A DNA stretch of 64,000 nucleotides, taken from an uncultured Eubacteriales bacterium. Its GTDB lineage: Bacteria; Bacillota; Clostridia; Oscillospirales; Oscillospiraceae. Below, piece after piece: positions 36,672 to 47,344 of the stretch (within the stretch, counting starts at the first letter, position 1; each line of letters starts with the position of its first letter). The notes beneath the pieces are model-generated. The model saw only the letters and a list, made by a program, of their open reading frames with translations. It was not told the origin of the DNA and did no database searches. A program made the position numbers and the translations under genes. The stretch lies in NCBI GenBank assembly GCA_900540635.1, contig UQGU01000001.1:79312-143311 (forward strand), written 5' to 3'.

Positions 36672-37454
36672 ATGGTCGTATTTTTTGACATAGACGGAAC
36701 CATCATTGACGAGAAAACCCAGGAAATCCCCCCTTCCGCCGTTCGTGCCGTGGCACGGCTGGCGGAAAATGGGCATATGCCGGTGATCAACACCGGCAGG
36801 CCCTATTCCCATATCGACCCCAGTGTCAAGGCCATGGCCTTCCGGGGCTACGTCTGCGGCTGCGGCATGGAGGTTCGGCTGGGGGACCGCTGGCTCTACC
36901 GGAAAAAGCCCGATTCTGCCCTCTGCGCCTACGTGGCCGAAGCAGTCCGAAAATTCGATATCCTGCCCCTTTACGAGGGTGACGACGGCACCGTCATGTA
37001 TGAGCCGGACTGCTGGGAACTGCCTTTCATCCGCGAAGAGCTGGACCGGATGCGGAAGAAGGGCTTTCGGGTCTATCCCCGGCAGGAGCACCCGGATTTC
37101 ATGAAATTCATCAGCTTCTCCCGGTCGGAAACGGCCCAGCAAGGCTTCTGCCAGGCCATGGCCCCCTACTTTGAGATCATCGATCGGGGCGGCAACCATT
37201 TCACGGAATACGTGCTCAAGGGCTGCTCCAAGGCGGGCGGGCTGCTGGCGCTGCTGGAAGCGCTGGGGGTGCCGAAGCGTGAAACCCTGGCCATCGGCGA
37301 CAGCACCAACGATCTGCCCATGTTCCGCGCTGCGGCCCACACCGTCTGCCTGGGCGGCGGCATGGAAGAGGTAAAAGCGGTTGCCGAGTACGTCACCGCC
37401 CCGGTCATGGAGGACGGCATTGAAAAGGCCCTCGCCCACTTTGGGCTGATATGA
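36672..37454 (+). CDS. Cof-type HAD-IIB hydrolase
   Basis: FFDIDGTI (motif I) and GDSTNDLPM (motif IV). Confidence 0.85.
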   Translation: MVVFFDIDGTIIDEKTQEIPPSAVRAVARLAENGHMPVINTGRPYSHIDPSVKAMAFRGYVCGCGMEVRLGDRWLYRKKPDSALCAYVAEAVRKFDILPLYEGDDGTVMYEPDCWELPFIREELDRMRKKGFRVYPRQEHPDFMKFISFSRSETAQQGFCQAMAPYFEIIDRGGNHFTEYVLKGCSKAGGLLALLEALGVPKRETLAIGDSTNDLPMFRAAAHTVCLGGGMEEVKAVAEYVTAPVMEDGIEKALAHFGLI

Positions 37455-37493
37455 AAAATCCCCCTGCCGCATTTTTGCGGCAGGGGAGATTTT

Positions 37494-38102
37494 TTACTCT
37501 TCGATGTATTTTCCCTTATACACGAACTTCTTGTAGATGGCGTTCACGATCAGGTTGCCCAGGATGCCGAAGAGGATGCCCAGGACCACGGAGACCAGCA
37601 CGTCAGTCGGATAGTGGACGTACAGGTACAGCCGGGAGAAGGCGATCAGGATTGCAAGGACGGTTGCGGGGATGCCCAGGCGCTTGTCGTGGAGCATGAG
37701 CACCGTGCAGGCTTCGAAGGAGGCGATGGTATGGCCGGAGGGGAAGGAATAATCGTTCAGGCCCTTGACGAGCAACGTGATCTCTCTTCCGTATTCCTGC
37801 AATTGGAAATTGTAAGGCCGGATGCGGGCCACCTGGGGCTTGAGGAAGATATTGCAGACAAGCAGGCCCAAAATCAGGGCCATACCCATGGAAAACCCGG
37901 TTTTTCGGTACTTTGCGAAGAACAGCAGGGTCACTGCCACCAGAATCCAGAACACGCCGCCGTCGCCGAAGAGGGTGACAATGGGCATGGCCTTATCCAG
38001 GAATGTACATTGCAGATGAGCCTGAATCCAGTCCAGGATGGGCAGGTCGAAGGACACTGCCAGAGAGTTCAAAAGCGCTTGCAGTGCTGCAAACATGGGC
38101 AT
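37494..38102 (-). CDS. PAP2-family membrane phosphatase
   Basis: KPQVARIRP...PSGH...SRLYLYVHYPTD. Confidence 0.85.
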   Translation of the reverse strand: MPMFAALQALLNSLAVSFDLPILDWIQAHLQCTFLDKAMPIVTLFGDGGVFWILVAVTLLFFAKYRKTGFSMGMALILGLLVCNIFLKPQVARIRPYNFQLQEYGREITLLVKGLNDYSFPSGHTIASFEACTVLMLHDKRLGIPATVLAILIAFSRLYLYVHYPTDVLVSVVLGILFGILGNLIVNAIYKKFVYKGKYIEE

Positions 38103-38306
38103 TCTCCTTTACTGCGGAAACTCCGAACAAATCGTCGGCGGCTGACAGCGGATCTTTTGCTCCCATGCCGCAGGATTGAAAATGGGAAATACATACAGTA
38201 TTCCCTCATTTTCAATCCCTTGCCTGGAAGCAAAATCTCTCGCTGACAGCTCTTGCCGATTTATTCAGAGCTTCCTTTTTATTCCCTTCATGAAGGGTTT
38301 TTCTTT

Positions 38307-39908
38307 TTATTCCGCGTTTTCGAACAGGGCGTAGAGCGTCATGGGCTCCAGGGTGGTGCCGGCGGGGACGGTTACCTGGCCGTTTTCATCGGGGGTGAAG
38401 ACCACGGTGAGCTCCGTGCGGCCGTTGACGGTGGTCTCCTTGACCCAGCCGGAGAAGATCTTACCCTCGGGGGCGGTGATGACGGGGGTCATCAGGGTTG
38501 CGGCGTCGGTTTCATAGAACTGGCTGGACAGGGTGATGCCGTCGGTCAGGTCGCTGATGAAGGTGATGCGGACCTTGCCCACGGGCTTGGTCACATCCTT
38601 ATTGGTCATGCCGTAGCAGACCCAGTTGCCGTTCTTCAGGCGGAAGAACATGGATTCCTCCACGTCGTAGGAGGACAGGCTGCCGTCCTTCAAGGTGACC
38701 TGCATGGTCAGGCTGGCCTTGCAGGAGAACAGCTCATCGGTATACTTGACGTAATCGGTGATGGTCTCATCCAGGAACTTATGGCCCCGGTCGGTGTTCA
38801 TCCACAGCTCGGCACCGATCTTCATAATGTTCTTGTAGGCATCGGAGTTGGAATCGAAATACTTGGCAACGTTCTGCCGTGCGCCGCTGGCATTGATCAT
38901 ATAGCCGGAGTAGGCCTCCAGAGCACCCATGACCGCCGTCTTTTCCGCATCGGAAATGGCCGTTGCCTCGGTCTGCTCCACGAACATGCCCTTCTCCTCG
39001 TCATAGACCACAGGCATCTCCGTGCCGGACTGGTCCTGAATGGAGACGGTGGGCCGCATCATCAGGCCCGTGATGCTCTGGACGTCGATCTTGGCACCCA
39101 CGGTGCCAACGGGCAGGAATTCCTCGGCAGAGGTGGAGGTGGTCTGGATGGTGAAGCTGTCGTCCAGCTCCACGCCGTTGACGAAGGCTCTGTGGCCATC
39201 CACCTTCTGGATCAGGTAGCCGTCGGCCCGGTCGAAGATCAGTTCCACCTTGCCCAGCTCCCAGTCGGGGATGTCGGTCTTCTTGGTGGCCTGGTTGGTC
39301 AGATAGAAGGCGCCGATGCGCTCATCGCCCAGCTTTACATAATACTTCTTGCCCTGGGACAGGCCGGCAGAGGTCTCGGTATAGGTCAGCTGGGTGCCCC
39401 CCACCTTCTGGGTCATGTAGGCTGCGAAGGCATCCTTGCCCTCATAAGCGGTGTCCTGGCAGCCTGCCTGTTCATAGAGGCTGGCCCAATCGGGGCTGGC
39501 GAAGAGCTGATTGAAAACCTCCTGGCTCTTGGCCGTGGGCTGGGCGGCTTCATAGTCCACCAGCCAACCGTCCAGCCAGTTGACGCCGACGACCATGCCC
39601 AGGCAGAACACGGCGATCAGCAGGAAATACAGGGTATAGAAAATGATGCTGTCCAGGTGCGGTCCCTTCTTCGCAGGCGCGGGAGCCGGTGCGGGCCGCT
39701 GCTGGGGGCGGGCACCTTGAGGCCGGGGCTGCTGGGTGCCCTGAGGCCGGGCCTGCTGGGGCCGGGCCTGGGGCATCTGCTGCCGGGCGGCGTTGGCTGC
39801 GCTCTGGTGGGGCTTATAGGCCTGCCGGGTTTCCTCCCGGGTCTGCTCCGGCGTATAGCCGGGCTGGGCAGCGGGACGATTCTTTGCTTCAAATTTTCCT
39901 TGATACAT
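38307..39908 (-). CDS. Membrane-anchored protein with a Pro/Gln-rich repetitive N-terminus and a large extracytoplasmic domain
   Basis: (A)RPQ(Q/G) repeats, then a TM segment IIFYTLYFLLIAVFCLGMVVGV, then about 430 aa. Confidence 0.6.
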   Translation of the reverse strand: MYQGKFEAKNRPAAQPGYTPEQTREETRQAYKPHQSAANAARQQMPQARPQQARPQGTQQPRPQGARPQQRPAPAPAPAKKGPHLDSIIFYTLYFLLIAVFCLGMVVGVNWLDGWLVDYEAAQPTAKSQEVFNQLFASPDWASLYEQAGCQDTAYEGKDAFAAYMTQKVGGTQLTYTETSAGLSQGKKYYVKLGDERIGAFYLTNQATKKTDIPDWELGKVELIFDRADGYLIQKVDGHRAFVNGVELDDSFTIQTTSTSAEEFLPVGTVGAKIDVQSITGLMMRPTVSIQDQSGTEMPVVYDEEKGMFVEQTEATAISDAEKTAVMGALEAYSGYMINASGARQNVAKYFDSNSDAYKNIMKIGAELWMNTDRGHKFLDETITDYVKYTDELFSCKASLTMQVTLKDGSLSSYDVEESMFFRLKNGNWVCYGMTNKDVTKPVGKVRITFISDLTDGITLSSQFYETDAATLMTPVITAPEGKIFSGWVKETTVNGRTELTVVFTPDENGQVTVPAGTTLEPMTLYALFENAE

Positions 39909-39920
39909 CTTCGTCCCTCC

Positions 39921-41090
39921 TTACTTGACCATCCAGAAGTCCGGCATTCTTCTGGGCTCGGACTGCAGCACGGAATAGCTGTTGATCCGGTTGACGGTGC
40001 CGGCGGTATCCCGGTAGTACATAATGGTAGAAGAGCCGCCGTCCATATTGCAGGCGTTGTAAGCGCCGTATTCCTGCATGATGTCGATGATATCCTTATA
40101 GGTGGCACCGATGGAGCCTGCCTGACGGCCGTCGGCGCAGACGAAGATCACAGCGCCGTCCTGCCGCTGGCCGATGGCGGTACGGGGGTTGTAGCCGGAG
40201 TTGCCGGAGTAAACGCCCTGGTTGACCTCGCCGTTGACGATCAGCACGGGGCCGAACTCGCAGCCGTCCCGGATGTTCTGCTCCATGGCCTGACTGGCGG
40301 TCATGGACTGGGCGACCACCAGAACATCGTCGGTATTAAATCCCGCGAAGCCCTTCTCGGGAACCAGATCATCATACTGGTCGGAAACCACCTTGCCGCC
40401 GCAAATGGTCAGGCCCGCAGGCACGGAGCCAACGGTGGCGTTGGCGGTACCGTCATCGTTAAAGGCACCGGCGTTGATGACCGCGGTGATCTCCGGATAG
40501 CTGTCCATAACCTGGTTCACCCGGATACCGGGGTTGGAGGTGGAGAAGCCGGAGGCATTGGAACCGTTGTAATTGTAGGAAGCTCCCAGGGATACCCGGG
40601 AGGGGTCTTTGATAACCATAATATGGGCGGTGAAGGTATTGCCCTTATACTCCTCGATGCGGATGCCGTCGGGGTAGTTATCCCACTCGTGGCTGTTCTC
40701 GCTGGAGATGGAGCTGCCGCGGTTGATGACGATCTGGCTCAGGTCCGTAGCCTCATCGGCCAGCTGGTCCTTACCGGCATTCTGAATGGCATCCACCTCG
40801 CTCTGGTCCATGAAGAGGCCCGGAATCCACTTGGTGGCGCTGGGCTCCAGCAAGGTCATGGTCAGCACCTTCTTGGCCTCCTGGGAGGGGCCGTTGAAGA
40901 CGGTATAGGCTGCCAGGGACAGGGCACAGACGATCATAAAGATCAGGGTGAACAGCAGCAGGAAGAACCGGCGGACGATTCTTCCGAAAACGCCGCCTTT
41001 TTTCTTCTTTTTCGGCGGCTGAACGGATACATTGGCCTGGGCCGAATAGCTGTTTGGCTGGCTTGGCCGGCGGGGCGCTTTGTCTTGCAT
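39921..41090 (-). CDS. Phosphodiester glycosidase family protein (NAGPA/DUF2233-like), membrane anchored
   Basis: N-terminal TM anchor. NAGPA-like C-terminus (GGKVVSDQ...NPRTAIGQRQDGAVIFVCADG...MDGGGSSTM). Confidence 0.65.
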   Translation of the reverse strand: MQDKAPRRPSQPNSYSAQANVSVQPPKKKKKGGVFGRIVRRFFLLLFTLIFMIVCALSLAAYTVFNGPSQEAKKVLTMTLLEPSATKWIPGLFMDQSEVDAIQNAGKDQLADEATDLSQIVINRGSSISSENSHEWDNYPDGIRIEEYKGNTFTAHIMVIKDPSRVSLGASYNYNGSNASGFSTSNPGIRVNQVMDSYPEITAVINAGAFNDDGTANATVGSVPAGLTICGGKVVSDQYDDLVPEKGFAGFNTDDVLVVAQSMTASQAMEQNIRDGCEFGPVLIVNGEVNQGVYSGNSGYNPRTAIGQRQDGAVIFVCADGRQAGSIGATYKDIIDIMQEYGAYNACNMDGGSSTIMYYRDTAGTVNRINSYSVLQSEPRRMPDFWMVK

Positions 41091-41100
41091 AATTGTTACC

Positions 41101-42231
41101 TCACTGTTTGTCTTGCTCTTGGGAACCGTCGGCGGAATTGGCGGCTCCCTGCTTTACAAAGACCCAGCGCTGCTGGATCGTATAGCTGATGAAATACAGG
41201 CACACCATGACGATGACATACCACAATGTACGAAGGCCGCTGGCGGTTTCCGGAACACCCAGAAGCTGGCATACACCATCGGTCAGCAGCAACTGAGCGG
41301 CCATCTGGGGCAGGGCCAGCAGATAGTATTTCAGCATGGCCTTGCCGGTGTTTTCCTCGGACTGAAACACAACTTTCTTGTTCAGGAAGAAGTTCAGCAG
41401 GGAGGATACCACTCTGGCCCCTACTGTGGGTACCACACGGTGGACAATGGCGCCGGCGGAAACCAGGACCTTATCCAGCACATAAAACAAACCCGAATCC
41501 ACGCAGGCGCTGACCAGAGAGGACACGGTATAGCGGAAGAAATGGGCCAAAATCAGCTTATAGATCCGCCAGGAGTCCTTGATGGCATGGAAATGGGAGC
41601 TCTTGTTCTCCTCGATATAGACCGTGCGGATCTTGACCTCTTCATAGGGGATGCCCATGGTTTTCATAGCCAGGAGCATGTTGGTCTCGTACTCGAACCG
41701 GTCCCCGGAGACGGTGAGGAAGCGCTCCACCGCGCTGCGGGGAATGGCCCGCAGGCCGGTCTGGGTATCGGAAATGGTCATGCCGCAGAAGAGCTTCATC
41801 ACCGCCGAGGTGGTATGGTTGCCGAAGCGGCTGCGCTTGGGCACATCCGGCTGATTGAAATCCCGGCAGCCTAAAATCACCTTGCCGGTTTCCAGCATCC
41901 GCTGGGTGCAGCGGCGGGTATCCTCGGGGTGATGCTGATTGTCGCCGTCCACGGTGACAACGCCCTTGCCATCGGGCCGGTTTTCCAGGAACCAGGCAAA
42001 GGCGGTTTTCAGGGCTGCGCCCTTGCCGCGATTGACCTCGTGATGGAGCAAATGAACTTCTTTATGGGTGTCCGCCGCACGCTGAAAACGGGGCAGATTT
42101 TCGGGCTTGGAGCCGTCGTTGACCAGAATGATATCGGTAAAACCGTATTCCAGCAGGCCATCGATCACGGCGTCCAGCTTTTCATCCGGGTCAAGGGATG
42201 GCAGGACCACGGAAACTTCGGATAACTGCAT
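41101..42231 (-). CDS. Glycosyltransferase family 2 fused to a GtrA-like membrane domain
   Basis: VSVVLPSLD...VNDGS...DGDNQH (GT2 motifs). C-terminal four-TM GtrA-like region. Confidence 0.8.
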   Translation of the reverse strand: MQLSEVSVVLPSLDPDEKLDAVIDGLLEYGFTDIILVNDGSKPENLPRFQRAADTHKEVHLLHHEVNRGKGAALKTAFAWFLENRPDGKGVVTVDGDNQHHPEDTRRCTQRMLETGKVILGCRDFNQPDVPKRSRFGNHTTSAVMKLFCGMTISDTQTGLRAIPRSAVERFLTVSGDRFEYETNMLLAMKTMGIPYEEVKIRTVYIEENKSSHFHAIKDSWRIYKLILAHFFRYTVSSLVSACVDSGLFYVLDKVLVSAGAIVHRVVPTVGARVVSSLLNFFLNKKVVFQSEENTGKAMLKYYLLALPQMAAQLLLTDGVCQLLGVPETASGLRTLWYVIVMVCLYFISYTIQQRWVFVKQGAANSADGSQEQDKQ

Positions 42232-42453
42232 AATCTCGCCTCTTCTATCTTTTGGATATGATAATCTCACGGTATTATAGCATATTCCAAAGGGTTTGCA
42301 AAGTGTTTTCCTGTCATATTAAGAAATTTTTACGTTTTTCCGGGCTATCATTCTAAGTTTGCCCGACAAAAAAAGTGCCATTCCAGCCTTTTTCTGTAAA
42401 TGTTTAAGAACACACAATTGCCTTTCCCGAAAGAGGAGCCGCACAGAGAGATG

Positions 42454-43680
42454 TCATTTTTCAGCCAGCAGCCAATCCAAAAGATACTGCAATTTGATAC
42501 CGTCGTAGGATTTGATAAAATCCCGATCCATCGACAATACGATTTTCTCGTAATTATCCGGAATCATCCGCAGCGGCCGAAGCTCCCGCTCACGGGTCTC
42601 CTGGGAAAGCATGGTCTCCGTTACCTGGATATACACCTTGTCATCCGGCTTTTCCGCAACGAAATCCACCTCTGCTTCGCCAACCTTTCCGATACAAACC
42701 CGATAGTCCCGGCGCAGCAGCTCCAAATATACAATATTTTCCAGGATGTGTCCCCGGTCTGCATCCCGGTAGCCCAACAGCATATTCCGAAAGCCCATGT
42801 CGATAATATAGTTTTTTCCCAATGTTTTCAGCAGCTGCTTTCCCTTCACATCGTAGCGGCCAACGGAGAAGAAAATATAGGCGCTACGAAGCATTGCGAT
42901 ATACTTCTCGACAGTCTTGCCCGCCACGTTTTTCCCCTTAATGTCCCCCTCGTTATACAGGACGCTTCCGATACTGCTGGGAGAATTGACACTGCCAATA
43001 TTGGAGCAGAGAAACAGCACGATCTTTTGGAGCATCGCCTGATCGGCATCCCTATTGCGCTGCAAAATATCGCGCAGCACAACTGTGGAATAGATGCCCT
43101 CCAACGCCTGATTGCTTCTGGCCTCGTTGAACTGATACTCCCGCAGAATGGGCATTCCGCCAAATTGGAGATACCTCTGAAATTTTTCTTCCGGCGTTGC
43201 GGTCGGCGCAAAGGAATAGAACGTCAAAAACTCCTTGAACGACAACGGAAGTATCCGAATTTCCACATACCGTCCGGAAAGCAGCGTAGAAAACTCTGTA
43301 GACAGCAGATAAGCATTGGAGCCGGTAATATATATATCCACATCGTAATCCAGCCGGAACGACTCAACGGCTTTTTCCCAATGCTCCACCGCCTGCAGCT
43401 CGTCAAAAATCAGATAGGTTTTTCCCTCCCGTGGGATTTGCCCGCTGACGTAATCATAAAAAGTAAGGTAATCCGAAAGGTCCCGATAACGCAGGGATTC
43501 CAAATTCATATGGACAATGTGGTCCTCTTTCACCCCTTGCTCCAGCAGATACTGATGGTAAAGCTCCAGCAGAGAGGACTTCCCGCATCTGCGGATACCG
43601 GTGACAATTTTCACCAGGTCTACATCCCGATTTTGAATCAGATGTTTCAAATATTCCGGCCTGTTAATCAGTTCCACCAT
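42454..43680 (-). CDS. AAA+ ATPase with a DUF4143-type domain (COG1373); paralog of the 18946-20250 gene
   Basis: VTGIRRCGKSSL Walker A. Confidence 0.75.
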   Translation of the reverse strand: MVELINRPEYLKHLIQNRDVDLVKIVTGIRRCGKSSLLELYHQYLLEQGVKEDHIVHMNLESLRYRDLSDYLTFYDYVSGQIPREGKTYLIFDELQAVEHWEKAVESFRLDYDVDIYITGSNAYLLSTEFSTLLSGRYVEIRILPLSFKEFLTFYSFAPTATPEEKFQRYLQFGGMPILREYQFNEARSNQALEGIYSTVVLRDILQRNRDADQAMLQKIVLFLCSNIGSVNSPSSIGSVLYNEGDIKGKNVAGKTVEKYIAMLRSAYIFFSVGRYDVKGKQLLKTLGKNYIIDMGFRNMLLGYRDADRGHILENIVYLELLRRDYRVCIGKVGEAEVDFVAEKPDDKVYIQVTETMLSQETRERELRPLRMIPDNYEKIVLSMDRDFIKSYDGIKLQYLLDWLLAEK

Positions 43681-43942
43681 TGCACATGCCTCCAAAACTT
43701 TTCTTTTTATTATAACCGTTCGAAAGTCGAAGTCAATAGTTTTCGCCCTACAGGTCGAAAACTTTCGGAATTAATGTAATTTTCGACTTGTAGGTTAAAA
43801 ACTTCATCCAAGCTTTCGAGAAAAAACACCAGTCCCGTATAGAACAGAACTGGTGGCATAAGAAATTTTGTGTCTACTAACTATTGACTACTTCAATCCA
43901 CAGGCCGGGTGCTTTTGATTGGAAGGCTCAAAATAGTCTGCT

Positions 43943-44374
43943 TCAAAAATAGAGCTCGCTTGCCAGGTTGCCGTGGACATAGAGGCACACGGCCTTGCGC
44001 ATGAAGCTCTCCGTTACGCCGAAGAAGTCGGCCAGCTGCCACAGCTCCGTATAGCCCAGGGCAATGGCCTCGTCCAGCTGCTCCACGGGGATCAGGGCAC
44101 GGATGGCCCATTTATCCGCATGGTTTTCATGGCGCTGGCGGCAGTCCACTGTGGCATAGATGTTGTAAAAGCTGCCGGTCAGGCAGTGCCCCAGCTCGTG
44201 GCCCAGGTGCATCCGCTCCTGGATGCCGCCGTCCAGCACCCGGTCATCCATGCCGATATAGCAGGTCCCATCCGGCTCCATCAGGGACATGGAGCCGTTT
44301 TCCTTCATAGGGTACCGGAGTACGGCAATATTCTGCCTGGAAGCCAGGTCATACAATTCCGGCACCTGCGTCAT
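43943..44374 (-). CDS. ImmA/IrrE-family metallopeptidase
   Basis: HELGHCL (HExxH) motif. Confidence 0.8.
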   Translation of the reverse strand: MTQVPELYDLASRQNIAVLRYPMKENGSMSLMEPDGTCYIGMDDRVLDGGIQERMHLGHELGHCLTGSFYNIYATVDCRQRHENHADKWAIRALIPVEQLDEAIALGYTELWQLADFFGVTESFMRKAVCLYVHGNLASELYF

Positions 44375-44376
44375 GG

Positions 44377-44751
44377 CTACTCCTTCTTCGCCCGCTCGTT
44401 TTTTCGTTTTCTGGCTTCCCGCTGGCGGACGAAGGCGGCAAAGCTCAGGACCTCATCGTACATGGCATCGGTGATATCGCCGCTGCCGCCGAAGAGGGCG
44501 AACTTGATATCCTGCTGGGTCACCGGGCGCACATCCTCTTCCGGCTGAGATGCATCATTGGCACCCAAGAGCTCGGAAACAGAGATGCCGAAATAACGGC
44601 AAAGCTTATCAATGACGTTGCCGGAGGGCTTGGTATTGGGATCTTTCTTCCATTTGGTAACGGTGGATTTGCTGAGACCCGCATCAATGGCGGCCTTGGA
44701 GGTGCTGACACCCCGCTGCTTGCAAAGCAGGACGAAACGCTCATAGAACAT
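44377..44751 (-). CDS. XRE-family HTH repressor (ImmR-like)
   Basis: QRGVSTSKAAIDAGLSKSTVTKWKK. Confidence 0.8.
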   Translation of the reverse strand: MFYERFVLLCKQRGVSTSKAAIDAGLSKSTVTKWKKDPNTKPSGNVIDKLCRYFGISVSELLGANDASQPEEDVRPVTQQDIKFALFGGSGDITDAMYDEVLSFAAFVRQREARKRKNERAKKE

Positions 44752-44809
44752 ACAGGGACACCCTTTCCTCAGAGCTCTCGGAAGTTATCCACAATTTTCA
44801 ACTACCCCA

Positions 44810-44838
44810 CTTGACAAGTTCGAAAAAATGTTCTATAA
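44810..44838 (+). promoter_or_regulatory. Consensus sigma-70 promoter: TTGACA, 17-nt spacer, TATAAT, reading into the head module
   Basis: ttgaca-agttcgaaaaaatgttc-tataat. It is flanked by 13-bp direct repeats attttcaactacc at about 44793 and about 44943. Confidence 0.6.
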
Positions 44839-44999
44839 TGCAGGCAGTTGAAAAACGTGAACTTCCCCGGATAGGGATATAGAATCGAACCAGGGCGGCT
44901 TGTTGCCCATCGAAACAATATCTGGCTATATACTATCACATATGTTTTCGATTTTCAACTACCGGTCACATTTTTTTTGCGAATTCAGTATAAAAAAGA

Positions 45000-45323
45000 A
45001 TGTGTCCAATAAAGCGGACAAATATGTGGGAGGTTGGGAAAAATGAAAAAATTTTGCAGCACGACCCCGGGAAATTTTCCCGGAAGGCTCGGAAAAGGCA
45101 GGAACGTATGACAGCCCCCTGGGCTCTGGACCTGCAGCGGCAGGAAAAATGGGACCGTTTTCTGAAACGGCGGCCCCGATGCGCCCTGTGCGGAGGGCCG
45201 ATCCTGGAGGATGAGGCTCTGGTATTAGACGGAAAGTTCTACTGCTTGCCTTGCGTGAGCTGGAACACGGAGGAGGTGACGGAATTTGACCCCGGACTGG
45301 AAGGGTATTCGCTTGGATTATAG
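45000..45323 (+). CDS. Small zinc-finger protein; the true start may be downstream, for example the ATG at 45107
   Basis: CALCGGPI...CLPCVSW. Confidence 0.4.
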   Translation: MCPIKRTNMWEVGKNEKILQHDPGKFSRKARKRQERMTAPWALDLQRQEKWDRFLKRRPRCALCGGPILEDEALVLDGKFYCLPCVSWNTEEVTEFDPGLEGYSLGL

Positions 45324-45849
45324 CCAGGGTATGACCCAGTCGGCGCTGCAAGCCAAATACGGCGTGGCTGCTTCCACCCTGCGAAAACGCATCCGCGCCG
45401 AGGGATGGTCCCGGAAGGAAAGCGCAAAAGTTCAGGAAGACGAACAAATCCCAGTTTCTGTCCCGCGCTCCCCTGCCCCAGACCCGCGGCTGACACGGGT
45501 AGATGCCCTGGCGGATGCCATGCTGGGCTGCCTGGAGCGGGCGGTCAGGGAGCTGGATACGGTAACGCAAAACGTACGGGAGAAATCCAAGCTGGAAGAC
45601 GGAGCCGAGCTGGTTACGGATTTTGAACGGCTTCTGCCCGAGGAGAAGGGCATCATCGACCGGGGCGGGCTGAAGCAGCTCACCGGAGTGCTGAAGGACA
45701 TCAAGGATGTGCTCACCCTGCGCTCCGATGCGGACACCCGGGAGCAGGAGGCCCGCATCGCCAAGCTGCAGCGGGATCTGGACCGGGAAACGGAGAAGGC
45801 CTCTGTTACGGTGGTTCTGGAAGGAGAGAGCGGGTGCTATGCCGAATAG
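45286..45849 (+). CDS. Putative terminase small subunit / HTH DNA-binding protein
   Basis: IRLDYSQGMTQSALQAKYGVAASTLRKRI HTH. Sits immediately upstream of TerL and overlaps it. Confidence 0.5.
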   Translation: MTPDWKGIRLDYSQGMTQSALQAKYGVAASTLRKRIRAEGWSRKESAKVQEDEQIPVSVPRSPAPDPRLTRVDALADAMLGCLERAVRELDTVTQNVREKSKLEDGAELVTDFERLLPEEKGIIDRGGLKQLTGVLKDIKDVLTLRSDADTREQEARIAKLQRDLDRETEKASVTVVLEGESGCYAE

Positions 45850-47344
45850 CGTTCTCATCATGCCCAGGCCCAATGAGAAGCAGCGCCTGGCCCTGACGGA
45901 AAAGCACCGCTACGTGGGCTACGGCGGAGCCCGGGGCGGCGGCAAAAGCTGGTTCGTCCGCTGGAAAGCGATCTTGCTGTGCCTGCATTACCCAGGCATC
46001 AAGGTACTCATCACCAGAAAGACCTATAAGGAGCTGTTCAACAACCATATCGCTCCCTTGCAGCAGCTGCTCGCAGGGGTGGCCGAGTACAAAAGCACGG
46101 ACAAGCTCATCCATTTTCCCAGCGGAAGCACCATTTCCTTCGGCTACTGCGCAGCGGATGGGGACCTGGGGCAATACCAGGGTGCGGAATACGACGTGTG
46201 GTTTGCCGATGAGGCAGGGCAGTTCCAGGAGGAATGGCTGGTGCAGATCGACGCCTGCGTCCGGGGCGTCAACCCCTTTCCCAAAAGGACCTACTACACC
46301 CTGAACCCCGGCGGACCTGCCCACGGCTACTTCAAGCGGCTGTTCATCGACCGGAATTTTACGGAAGAGGAGCACCCGGAGGACTATGCCTTCATCCAGG
46401 CCCTGTGCACGGACAACAAGGCTCTGATGAAAAGCCAGCCGGAATATCTGCGTGCCCTGGAAAAGCTCCCGCCGAAGCTGCGGGAGGCCTGGCTCTACGG
46501 CCGCTGGGACGTATACGAGGGCCAGTTCTTCGAAGAATTCCGGAACGACCCCAAGCACTATCGGGACCGCCGCTTCACCCATGTCATCGACCCCTTTGAG
46601 ATTCCGAAGCACTGGACCGTCTACCGCAGCTTCGACTGGGGCTACCACAGGCCCTTCTCCTGCGGCTGGTGGGCCGTAGACCCGGACGGGGTGGCCTACC
46701 GGATTCTGGAATTCTACGGCTGCACAGGGGAGCCCAACGAGGGACTCAGGTGGCCGCCTCAGCAGGTGTTTGCGAAGATCCGCGCCATTGAACGGGAGCA
46801 CCGATACCTGGCAGGGAAAAAGATCATCGGCATTGCAGACCCGGCCATCTGGGACGGCTCCACAGGCGAATCCATCGCCGACACGGCGGCGAAAAATCAG
46901 GTGTATTTCTCCCCGGGAGACAACAAGCGCATTCCCGGCTGGATGCAGCTGCACTACCGGCTGAGCTTTGACGAAGCGGGCCTTGCAAGGCTCTATGTCT
47001 TCCGCAACTGCCGCCACTTTATCCGCACCCTTCCCCTGCTGCAATATGACAAGTCCAGCCCCGAGGATCTGGACACCCAGGGAGAGGACCATGCGGCGGA
47101 CGAGGCCCGGTATTTCTGCATGGCTCGGCCCATTGCACCCCGGGAGCGGCCGGAAATCAGGAAAAAGAGCAGCGCTGCGCTGTTTCTGGATATTGAAGAA
47201 GAAAATACGGTCCCAAGAAGACCGGGAATGGAGATCATCAATGAAGCAAGCAATGCAGATCGGGCCGGAACAGGTCCGGGCCGCCCGGATGATCCTGAAC
47301 CGCTGCCGGGAGGGCAAGGCCAACCTGGAGCGGCGGGTCATTGA
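45839..47344 (+). CDS. Terminase large subunit
   Basis: Walker A GYGGARGGGKS and an ATPase coupling motif. Nuclease acidic residues are in the C-terminal half. Confidence 0.85.
   Translation: MPNSVLIMPRPNEKQRLALTEKHRYVGYGGARGGGKSWFVRWKAILLCLHYPGIKVLITRKTYKELFNNHIAPLQQLLAGVAEYKSTDKLIHFPSGSTISFGYCAADGDLGQYQGAEYDVWFADEAGQFQEEWLVQIDACVRGVNPFPKRTYYTLNPGGPAHGYFKRLFIDRNFTEEEHPEDYAFIQALCTDNKALMKSQPEYLRALEKLPPKLREAWLYGRWDVYEGQFFEEFRNDPKHYRDRRFTHVIDPFEIPKHWTVYRSFDWGYHRPFSCGWWAVDPDGVAYRILEFYGCTGEPNEGLRWPPQQVFAKIRAIEREHRYLAGKKIIGIADPAIWDGSTGESIADTAAKNQVYFSPGDNKRIPGWMQLHYRLSFDEAGLARLYVFRNCRHFIRTLPLLQYDKSSPEDLDTQGEDHAADEARYFCMARPIAPRERPEIRKKSSAALFLDIEEENTVPRRPGMEIINEASNADRAGTGPGRPDDPEPLPGGQGQPGAAGH

Noticed and set aside
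38253-41189. 978-aa plus-strand ORF
   Set aside because: Antisense to two motif-supported minus-strand genes. Gly-rich nonsense translation.
47241-47344. Programmed frameshift or fusion between TerL and portal
   Set aside because: The roughly 100-nt overlap is more simply explained by an uncertain portal start codon. No slippery heptamer was evident.
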